64,000 nt of DNA from Octopus vulgaris (Eukaryota). A model generated the notes under the pieces. It saw only the letters and a list, made by a program, of their open reading frames with translations, did not search any database and had not been told where the DNA came from. Location of the stretch: contig OX597826.1 in NCBI GenBank assembly GCA_951406725.2, forward strand, positions 55,738,001-55,802,000, in the 5' to 3' direction. Of the stretch, positions 53,039 to 64,000 are shown piece after piece. Position 1 is the stretch's first letter; every line of letters begins with the position of its first letter. The translations under genes and the position numbers were made by a program.

Positions 53039-53141
53039 ATATATATATATATATATATATATGCGTGTGCGTGATTATCTGTATGCGAGCGTCTATATAT
53101 AAATATATGCATGTGTATGGCGTAGTGTGTGCCTGCGTGGT

Positions 53142-53177
<36 letters not shown>

Positions 53178-54149
53178 CGTGCGTATGTGTGTATGTGAAA
53201 TGACTCTTGATGAGAACTTCCGACTATGAGTTCCCAAATGTTCCGTCTACTATGCTACCAGGTTCATTGCACTCCATCGAAACCTGTATACATAAACGAT
53301 GAAGAAAAATGTTCAATACAATGTACTGGGGCCACATTTAACCAACTAGAACTAGCGAAGGTGGTGTCCTAGAATGGCCGTAGTCCAGTGAATGAAACTG
53401 CTGGAAAGGCAAGGAAAGAGCAATAACAAGACGACCGAACCTTTGAGAGGGAGACTGAAATGACAGAAACCGGTACCAGCTTGTTAGGGAGATATTATCT
53501 GTAATTAGAGTGCCTAGAATTGTCTCGCGCTAACTCACGGAGATTGTGAGTGAAATCTGGCATACTGCCGAGACACAGGTTTTAAGATTTCAGGCCCAGT
53601 GTTTAAGGATTGCTGTAGGCTTAATTTTTTCAGGTTCAGATTCCAAGGTACGAAGCACAATTTAGGGTTGAGGTACAACCTTCAAGGTTTGAAACAGAGT
53701 GCTCAAAAACTGATGCACATTCCCTAAGAGTTGAGTCACAACTTCAAGGGTTTCGGTACACACTTCAAGTGTTTCGGTATAGTCTTTAAGGATAAACGTG
53801 ATTATATGAGCTTTATTTCTTTGGAAAATAAGAAGAGAAGAGGAAGAGATACAAAATCGACCGAGCATAAGGGACGAAACCGTGATGGCAGGTCGATATA
53901 CCACGGTGCATTTATGTTGTGTATATGGATTTTATCAACGGAAAAAACAAATCGGAAAGAACAAAAACAGGCACAGCTGTGTCGTTAAGAAGCTCGATGG
54001 CACAACCCCGCCCTCAAAAAAAAAAAAAAAGACAGAGATAAGCGAGGGGGCAACAAACAAGATGTATCAGTTTGATGGTCAAGAAGAATGAAGAAGTCCC
54101 TGAGGTTTTGAGGTTACGTTCTTGAACAGAAGCGCTGTCTCTTTTTCTC

Positions 54150-54305
54150 CGCTTATTTCCTCTCTCCATCTGTTTTCTTTCTTCATTCCTATCTGTTAAA
54201 GAGCGCAGGCTCAAAACATCAACGACGTCTCCGTTCTTCCTGAGAATCAAACTAATACACATTATTTGTTGTTCCTTCATCTGTCTCTGTCACTTTTCTT
54301 GAAAC
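54150..54305 (+). mobile_element. PLE-LTR-like repeat, decayed paralog of 12093 and 22437
   Basis: ctgttaaagagcgcaggctcaaaacatc...cctgagaatcaaactaatacac. Confidence 0.55.
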
Positions 54306-54523
54306 ATGTATGTATATTTGTATGTATGTATGTATGTATGTATGTATGTATGTATGTATATATGTATGTATGTATGTATGTACCCGTGAATCAATGTATG
54401 TATATGTGTATGCATGTATATGTATGAGTGTATTATATATTTATGTATTTATTATGTATGTATGTATGTATGTATGTATGTATGTATGTATAAATGTATG
54501 TATGTATGCATGTATGTATGTGT

Positions 54524-54775
54524 GAAGGCGCGTGGCTCAGTGGTTAGGGCTTCGTGAGGTTGTGAGTTCTATTCCCGGACCGGGCTGCGTGTTGTGTTCT
54601 TGAGCAAGACACTTTATTTCACGTTGCTCCAGTTCACTCAGCTGTAGAAATGAGTTGTGACGTCACTGGTGCCAAGCTGTATCGGCCTTTGCTTTTCCCT
54701 TGGGTAGCATCGGTGCCGCGGAGAGGGAAGGCTGGTATGCATGGGTGACTGCTGGTCTTCTATGAAAACAACTCT
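54524..54775 (+). mobile_element. CORE-type SINE (family D)
   Basis: A-box tggctcagtgg, B-box gagttctattccc, CORE-like tgtgttcttgagcaagacactttatttcacgttgctccagttcactcagctgtagaaatgag. Confidence 0.8.
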
Positions 54776-54868
54776 AGATGTGCGTTCACCGGTGAGGCAA
54801 CTTTCCGACCACATTTCTGCCCCGGAAGGCATTCGTGACCGACGGAATCGAGCGTCGAGAGTCAAAAG

Positions 54869-54899
<31 letters not shown>

Positions 54900-56038
54900 T
54901 GTATGTATGTATGTATGTATGTATGTATGCCTGCATGTATGTATGTCATTATTCAGTTTTATTTCAAGATTTCTTGCCAATAGAAAAAAGGCCAGTTTCT
55001 AACCTAGATCCAAGGCTCCTCCAATGGAATTTCAACATCAACAACATGGTATGTATGTATGTATGTATGTATGTATGTATGTATGTATGTATGTATGTAT
55101 GTATGTATGTATGTATGTATGTATGTATGCATGTATGTATGTATAGGTGCAGATTTTTATGTTTTATTTTATGTATATATTGTCATGCATATAGTTGCAT
55201 ATCTAGACATGCTCATATACATTTAAATGATAAACTTCTGGAAAGTTTTACAGATTTTTACAGTTCCAGTGATGGATTGGATCTGTAGTCTCCGAATTAG
55301 TTTTCTCCTTTCTAGTTTCAAGAAGTCTAATTTCTCAAGATTGGTATTTAGGTAGTGTGTTACATATCCCAGTGTCCTAATATGTATGTATGTATCCATG
55401 TATGTATGCATGCATGCATGTATATATGTATATATGTGCATGTGTATGTATGTATGTATGATTGTAATATATGTGTGCATGCGTATGTGCGTCTTTATAT
55501 CTGAGCTTATCCGCCCCACAGTTTGACAAGCGATATTGGTTTGTTCATGTATCCGTTTCCTACCATTTCGGCAAAAGAAACCGATAGAATAAATAACTGA
55601 CTTAATAAATAGGTATTGGAGAAGGAGGATATTTGTTCGACTTAAACCCTTCAATCTTGTGCCACAGAATGGCCGCAGTCGAATGACTGATACAGCGTAA
55701 CAGATTAGAAGCTCAATTTTCAATATTTTTACGTTCATTTATATACATTGTTATAAATTACATTTCTGCCTTGATATATGCATATTTATATCCAGAACGG
55801 GTAAAATACATTGTAATCCTTGGCCCCTTTCACTTGGTGCCTTACGCATGTGATGATATTATTGTTTAATGGCTAATCCGGGACTGCGTCGTCTTCGAAA
55901 TTCAGGCTTTCTGACGTACTTCGATTGTTAAAGCTCGCTGAGAGCTTTACCTCTTATAACAAGCATTATTCTACGCTGCGCTGGCCACTGGAAACATGAA
56001 TAATACAAACTTATAAAACTCATACATGTAATTATATT

Positions 56039-56110
<72 letters not shown>

Positions 56111-56135
56111 TATGTATGTATGTGTGTATATATAT

Positions 56136-56169
<34 letters not shown>

Positions 56170-56484
56170 GTGTGTGTGGCTATATATCTGTAGGGTATTG
56201 TTGTTGTGTGTTGTGTATGTGTAAGTAAGAACACTCTCACAAATACTGTAATAAAAATATTACCATATTCATATGAAATACACTGTCAACGCATTATGTA
56301 CGTACATTAATGCAATCCATATACATAGGCATTTACATATATGAGTCTGTGTGTATGTGTATTATATAAATATATATATATATATATATATACATACATA
56401 TACATATCTATATATATGTAATATAAATAATGTATATTTATATCTCATCTTATGCACACACACATACGCATATATATATGTGTG

Positions 56485-56972
56485 TGTATGCATGCTTGTA
56501 TGTATGTATGTATGTATGTATGTATGTATGCATGCATGTATGTATGTATGTATGCATGCATGTATGTATGTATGTATGTATGTATGTATGTATGTATGTA
56601 TGTATGCATGCATGTATGTATGTATGTATGTATGTATGTATGTATGTATGTATGTATGTATGAATGTATGTATGTATGTATGAATGTATGTATGTATGTA
56701 TGCATGCATGTATGTATGTATGTATGTATGTATGTATGCATGCATGTATGTATGTATGCATGCATGTATGTATGTATGTATGTATGTATGTATGTATGTA
56801 TGAATGTATGCATGCATGTATGTATGTATGTATGCATGCATGTATGTATGTATGTATGTATGTATGTATGTATGTATGTATGTATGTATGTATGTATGTG
56901 TGTATGTATGTATGTATGTATGTATGTATGTATGAATGTATGTATGTATGTATGTATGTATGTATGTGTGTG
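56485..56972. repeat. (TATG)n with TGCA and TGAA variants
   Basis: Seen directly. Confidence 0.95.
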
Positions 56973-57428
56973 TTTAAGTCCACGTGTTCTTCCATTCAGT
57001 CATGCTGAAATATAGTTTGCTGTTGTATACGCAGATCCATAAATCGATACTATGCTGATCCATTTATATAACCACTCAGCCATACATATGACCACACACA
57101 CACACACACATATATATATTCACATATTGACATACATACACACACATACATACACTCCCATAAACCCACACATATACACATACCTCGATATATACCTATT
57201 GGCAAATATATATTCATACATGCTTGTATACGTATAGATATGCATATACACACTGATGCACACGCTCACACACACACACATGCACACGCATACACACACG
57301 CACAAGTACAAACATGCAATACGCGACCTATTTTTACATACATACACAGAAACTCTAACACACACATACACAATCATACACACTCATACACGTATAAACA
57401 ATAGAAACAGCAAACATACTTTGACACA

Positions 57429-57429
<1 letters not shown>

Positions 57430-57462
<33 letters not shown>

Positions 57463-57749
57463 GTCTTTCCGTTATCTATCTATCCGTCTGTCAGTCTATC
57501 TATCTATCGATTGATCGTTCGATCTATTTATCTTTCTGTCTATCTATCTGTGTGTTTGTCTATCTCTCTCTCTCTCTCTATCTCTCTGTCTGATTGTCTA
57601 TCAACTTATCTATCTGTCTGCCTATATGTCTGTTTGTCTGTCTGCCTGTGCGTTTGTCTATCTATTTATCTATCTTTCTATCTATCTATGTATTTAACTA
57701 TCTGTCTCTCCGTCTGTCTGTCTGCCTGTCTGTCTATAAATCTATCTGT

Positions 57750-57821
<72 letters not shown>

Positions 57822-57865
57822 TTTTTATCTATCTAATTATCTATCTATCTGTCTTGCTCTCTGTC

Positions 57866-57956
<91 letters not shown>

Positions 57957-58079
57957 GTCTGTCTGTCTGTCTGTCTCTCCGTCTGTGTGTCTGTCTGTCT
58001 ATAAATCTATCTGTCTATCTATCTATCTATTTTTCATCTATCTATCTGTCTTGCTATCTCTCTCTTTCTCTCTCTCTGT

Positions 58080-58172
<93 letters not shown>
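57430..58172. repeat. (TC)n/(TCTA)n/(TCTG)n compound array
   Basis: Seen directly, with a duplicated variant block at about 57702 and 57971. Confidence 0.95.
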
Positions 58173-58173
<1 letters not shown>

Positions 58174-59453
58174 GAAACTCATATACTCATATAAGCTCTC
58201 ACAAACACACACAAACGCCGCATTCAGAAATATATTTACATACACATACATCCAGTTACACCTTTCTTTCTCTCTCTTTCTCCCTCTCTTCCTTTCTTTC
58301 TCTCTTTCATTCCTTCTTCCCTTCTTTCTCTCTTTCTTTCCTTCTATCTTTGTGTCTCTGTCTGTGTGTCTCACTCTCTCTTTTTCTCTCTCTCTTACAT
58401 CCCATAGACATCCCACAGCACACACACAAACACACACATACAAACATGCCAATATTTCAAATACATAAGCGAATACACTCTCACAAAATGCATACACCCC
58501 GTTACTCAATATTTCTTCCTCTTCCTTTCTCCCTCTATGTCTCCCTCTCTCTCTTTCTCTCTTTCTCTCTCTGTCTTTCTCTCTTTCTCACATTCCCCCT
58601 CTTCCTCTCACACACACACGCGTGCGTGCTTCTAAACATAGACACCTCACAAATACTCAAAACGGCACACGCACGTCCAGAAACAAACACATAAGCGAAT
58701 ACACGTTCACAAACATACACAGCCCGTTGACCCCTCTCCTTTCTCTCTCTCTCTTACACACAAGGCACCTCACAAACATACAGCATGCATATTTACATTG
58801 ATAAAGCTACTGATGCATGGTGCAACACCAATCCTTTGATATTTCGATATAAGCACACCGAAAGTAATATAATCAATTTAAATACGAGTGTCTCTGCGGA
58901 ACTCCGACGGCCATATTGCTATCACAACTACAAGTCCGACGCAGCTACTAAGAAAGGCTCAGTTTTTGCGTTTAGACGCTTAACGTAAATCCTTTAATAG
59001 CTGTTGTCGTTGTTGTTGTCGCTGCTGAAGGTCTTGTTGTTGTCATCGTTGTTGATGTCGTGGTCGTCGTTATTGGTGTTGTTATTGTTGTTGTTGTCGT
59101 TGTTTCTATTGCTGTTGGTTGTTAGGTGCTGTTTGTGGTCTTTTGTTTATAATAATAATAATAAAAAAAAAAGCAATCGTTCATTTTTTTTTTTCACCTC
59201 TTCCTCCTCCTCCTGTTTTGACGTTATTCCTCTTTATTACTTCATTTACTTCTTCTTCTTCTCCATCTCCTCTTCCTCTCCCTTCTTCTCTCCTTCTGCT
59301 TTTCTTTCTTTCTTTCACCCCTTTCTTTCCTTCTTTTCCTTCCTTCCTTCCTTCCTTCCTTTCTTCCTTCCTGTTTTATCATTCCCATTAAGTTTATATG
59401 AGTTTTATAGGTGGGTGACCGAGTCTGCTTTTCTGTCGATCGATCACTGAGGT

Positions 59454-59482
59454 CGTGACACCACGTGACACCACGTGATTGG
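59454..59482. promoter_or_regulatory. Candidate promoter element: tandem CACGTG E-boxes with adjacent CCAAT box
   Basis: CACGTG at 59462-59467 and 59472-59477, and ATTGG at 59478-59482, in non-repetitive sequence. Confidence 0.35.
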
Positions 59483-61388
59483 CTCTGCAGTGGAGTGAAT
59501 AGTGTCTGTCCGCCGTTTAACATAACACCGTTAAATAGTTAAACCTACACATACACACATAATACTCAATCAGACGAACACTGTAAGAGTACATATACCA
59601 CTATAGCGGCCATAGTGCATACTTCCATACAAACATAAATATATATATACATAGACCGTTAATCTACACATACCGTTATACCGTTGTTCCGCTATTCGTT
59701 AGACGAACAGCAATCCGCTATCCAATCTAGGAAAGGGCTTCTGAAACAACAAAGGTGCAATATGCGTGCTAGTGTATGCATGTGTGTTTAAGAGTGAGTG
59801 TTTATGTGTGTATGTGTGTGTGTGTGTAAGTGTGTTTATGTGTGAATGTGTGTGCGTGTCTGTGAGTGTTTGAATCGTGTACTGTTATGTATGTTTGGTC
59901 ATGTGTATCTCCTGTGTGTGTGTTTCCACGCATGTATGTGTGTGTGTGTATTACGAGTATTTTGTATCTGTGTATGTGTGTGTGTGTGTGCGTATGTGTG
60001 TCAGAATGTGTATGCAGTTTGTAGTTTGACCAGTAAATGTTTGTGTGTGTATGCGAGTGTTTGTATGCTTGTATATGTATGTCTCAGAGTCCATTTTGTG
60101 TACATATATGTATAAGCGCTCTTGTGTGTTTCCTATTTGTGAGTGTATATGCATGTAGGTATGCGTCTATGAATATTTGCGTGTGCATTTGTGTGTGTGT
60201 ATATGTGTATGTGTGTATGCGTACCTGTGAGTTCGTTTTGTATACTTTTATGCGTGTGTAGTCAAGTGTGTCTCCTGTTCAAAAGAGTGTGTCTCTCTGT
60301 GTGTATATGTGTGTTTGTGTGTGTGTGTGTGCACGCGTCTGTGTGTGTGTGTGCGTATGTAATATGTGTAATGTACTGTAAGCCTGGGAGTGTAAAGCTC
60401 CGCCCAATAATGTCTGTCTGTTTGGGGTGGGGGTGAAAGGTAATGGCGTGAGGCGTGAGGCTTGGTGGGGGTTTATCAGGTTCCCTTCTGCTATTTGTGT
60501 TGTGTTTTCAGCCTACACGCTTGACTAAGTGATTTGTAGTTGTTGGACTGTTAACCGTGTGGTCGTGCGTTCAAGTCTCACCTCAATCATGTTTCTCCTT
60601 CGTCTCTCTAATTCAGTTCCAAATCAAACATCCGCGAAAATTGTGCTTATATTTGGTTTACTGTATGTTCAACCGAAGAGAATAAACATTCCACCTGGAA
60701 GGGATGCTAGTCGACCATAAGTACTATCGGCAGTTAGAACTAAACCCAGTATTGCTAGATAACAAATATCAAATATAACAATTCAATGCCGTATTACCAC
60801 AGCTACGTACCATCTTCCAAACGCCACCAATTGGCAGAGTTATTAAAGCGTCGTAAGTATTGCTTTGCGGTAATCGTTCTTGATTTCTGCTCTCTATATT
60901 CAAATAATATCGAGGTCGATCTTGCCTTCATCCTTTCAGGGTCGATAGATAAATTTCCAATCCTGGTCTAAGATCAATTCTTCGCTTCCTCTGACTCTTT
61001 TTTGGTGATTATCTCTTTCTGCTCTTCTGTAAAAAAAAAGTCGACTTTGATTAGATCTGGAGAGAGAAGAGCTCACCCAAGTTTAAAATGCCCATACCAG
61101 GCCCCGTATAATACAACGGCGCCTCTACAATTGCACTAAGAAGGCCCATGGTTTGGCACAACGTATCTTCCCTTCGTGCTTTCAGTTACTTTAATGGCGT
61201 TATGTTGCTTTGAAAGAATTTAATCAATCACATCGGTTAGGCAATTCGTTTACGATGAAAAGTAGTAAATTGTATTTCGACATTGCCTGCAATCCTTCGA
61301 GAGCGATAAAGTACGTACTAGTTGAACACTGCGATCGATGTAATCGAACATATCCCTTTTCCAGAATATGAGAAAAAAACTTGTTATT

Positions 61389-61434
<46 letters not shown>

Positions 61435-62395
61435 ATATTTCCACTTTTATTTACATTAGATAGAACTGAACACTCTTTGTGTGTTTTATCTTCTTAAACC
61501 TTCCAACTGACAAGAGAACCGAAATGTCCTCAAACCGGCAGGTGATCCTTGGATTGGTTTGTTAATGGATGATCGGCATCGAGAATAATGGATTGAACAC
61601 AAAACACACTATTTCATACAATCCAGATTCATTTACAACTTTCGACGTTTTGGTGAATGTGAGTCCTATTACAAAGGTAATATAGGTTTCAAATTTTGGC
61701 ACAAGGCTAGCAATTTCTGGGGAGTAGATAAATCGATTACAACGACTCCAATGCTCGACTGATACTTATTTTATTGACCGTAAAAGAATTGAAAGCAAAA
61801 CCAACCTCGGCAGAATTTGACCTCGGAACGAAAAGTCGGGGGAAAGGCCTAAGCATTTTTCCAGCACTGTAACAGTTGTGCCAGTTCACCGTTTTAGTAT
61901 TGGTAAATATAGACAATTCTTGCATCGACTAGAAATTTCACTGTACAATAAGTATTAAACATGTAAATGATTACAAAAACAAACATAAACTAGAGGGAGA
62001 CAACCTCAAGCAGTCGAAGTATATCGTAGTAAACTTGGATATGAAACAGAAAGAGAAAGCTTTTCTTTTTATCTGCTACAGAAAATATGAGTTTCTAAAC
62101 TAGACTAACATGCTTTTGATATATTACACAGCTAAACAAGTATTTTAACACTACTTTTATGCTCTCAAAACGTTACAGTAGGTAAGATCATAGAAGAGTT
62201 TGGTCAATTCAACCATTATGATGTGTGAAGAAGTTAAATTTTCAAGCTTTTGTCACGAAAAGTGAGAATGAGTGAAGATGGCGTTATTGCTGGGTGGTGA
62301 ACAAGTAAATGTTACAGGTACTGCACACTGTATATTGAAAGCAAAGGAAATATATAAAATTTAGAATCCTCCTCGACTGAAAAGCGTCTTTTCAT

Positions 62396-62742
62396 TTATT
62401 CTTTTATTTGTTTCAGTCATTTGACTACGGCTATGCGGGAGCACCGCCTTTAGTCAAGCAAATCGACCACCAGGACGAACCGCTAAGTGACGGGAACGCA
62501 AGCACACCAGCATCGGTTGTCAATCGATGTTTGGGGGACAAACACTGACACACATATACACACACACATATATATATACATATATACGACGGGCTTCTTT
62601 TAGTTTCCAAATCCACTCACAAGGCTTTGGTCGGCCTGTGGCAATAGAATAAGACACTTGCCCAAGGTACCACGCAGTAGGACTGAACCCAGAACCATGT
62701 GGTTGGTAAGCAAGCTACTTACAACACAGCCACTCCTGCGCC
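62396..62742 (-). mobile_element. SINE family A (internal deletions)
   Basis: Reverse complement from the tail to cagccactcctgcgcc. Confidence 0.9.
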
Positions 62743-62801
62743 TTGTTCATATTTTTGATAAATAATATATTAATTCTTTTTTGTACCCATATATATATAT
62801 A

Positions 62802-62962
62802 TACGACGGACTTCTTTCAGTTTCTGTCTACCAAATCCACTCACAAGGCTTTGGTCGGCCCGAGGCTATAGTAGAAGACACTTGCCCAAGGTGCCACGCA
62901 GTGGGACTGAACCCGGAACCATGTGCTTGGTAAGCAAGCTACTTACCACACAGTCACTCCTG
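62802..62962 (-). mobile_element. SINE family A, 5' half
   Basis: acgacggacttctttcagtttc...cacacagtcactcctg. Confidence 0.9.
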
Positions 62963-63246
62963 TTCCTTTCAAACTGCACCCGCATTCAACATATGAGCTA
63001 TATCAGCCGGTATATAAGAAGGACCTGATACTGGAGGCAAATGTCTGGTGGAACACAGGAATCAACGCAGAGTTTGAGATTCTCAGCAAGTATTAGATCA
63101 GCAATACGTGCATTCATCTGTGTGCTTGAGCAATGCGAAAGTCCTTGTGCAGTTATCGACTAGGTAGAAATAACGGCGAAATTATCCTCAAATCAGGGAA
63201 TATTGTCTTCGAAAGAAAAAAATGACGAATTGGACAGTGTAGTTTC

Positions 63247-63648
63247 ATATTTCTTTACTACCTACAGGGGGCTACACACAGAGGGGACAAACAAGGACAG
63301 ACAAACGGATTAAGTCGATTATATCGACCCCAATGCGTAAACGAACCCGAAAGGATGAAAGGCAAAGTCGACCTCGGCGAAATTTGAACTCAGAATGTAA
63401 AAACAGACGCAATGCCTGTTTCCTTACTACCCACAAGGGGCTAAACACAGAGGAGACAAACAAGGACAGACAAACGGATCAAGTCGATTATATCGAACCC
63501 AGTTCGTAACTGGTACTTATTTAATCGACCCCGAAAGGATGAAAGCAAAGTCGACCACGGCGGAATTTGAACTCAGAACGTAACGGCAGACGATATACGG
63601 CTACGCATTTCGCCCGACGTGCTAACGATTCTGCCAGCTCAATGCCTT
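63247..63648 (-). mobile_element. Two tandem SINE-B copies (63247-63415, 63416-63648)
   Basis: Repeated ttactacc...gaggggacaaacaaggacagacaaacggat...gaaaggatgaaa. Confidence 0.9.
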
Positions 63649-64000
63649 ATAGTGTAGTTTCAGACACACAAATCGACGGGATGTTCACGGCTGGAACGTT
63701 GCTGATCATAGACCTGCTTAATCGGAAAGGATTCAGGTTTATACAACATTACGAATGATAACAATATAAGGTGGTCAATATTTCTAAATGTATACGCGTC
63801 TAGCCGCCCACTCTATGAATTTTCCATTGTAGCTAACTCTGCGTCCACCACATATACACGTTGTATTTACATCTAGCGATGAATGCGGATCCTCCGGCTA
63901 CAATCAGAAAATACGAAAGAATATTGCATCAATAAATAGCCATCGGTAAATGACAAATACATTATATTACATAACACCAGTAAATTACTCGTGCATACAA

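Noticed and set aside
53660-53790. Degenerate 21-bp periodicity (acttcaag.gtttcggtac) as a CRISPR-like array
   Set aside because: There are no unique spacers and no cas genes, and the context is eukaryotic. It is a decayed minisatellite.
62276-62322. AAGATGGCG start-like motif followed by ACAG/GTACTG as a first coding exon
   Set aside because: It is only 13 codons with a weak donor and no supporting promoter or homology.

Overview
AT-rich animal genomic DNA packed with microsatellites, with no recognisable host protein-coding gene. It is probably intronic or intergenic. The SINE families and repeat landscape resemble octopod cephalopod (Octopus) DNA, which is my inference and not a database result. 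Nearly all ORFs in the supplied track are translations of simple repeats. The window contains about 35 copies or fragments of four tRNA-derived SINE families, a full-length dead mariner with TIRs (22986-24286), other Tc1/mariner remnants, hAT- and piggyBac-like MITEs, an R4/Dong-type non-LTR retrotransposon, RTE LINE 3' ends and Penelope-like element (PLE) fragments. The most interesting signal is a set of type-I hammerhead ribozyme (HHR) motifs. One looks intact (1399-1491), and several others are variant or disabled. They lie in short PLE-derived units, several of which are fold-backs whose inverted arms begin at the palindromic HHR stem III and which sit next to (TA)n tracts. These look like non-autonomous, ribozyme-carrying hairpin retroelements. 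All folds and alignments were done by eye, and coordinates of decayed repeats are approximate.
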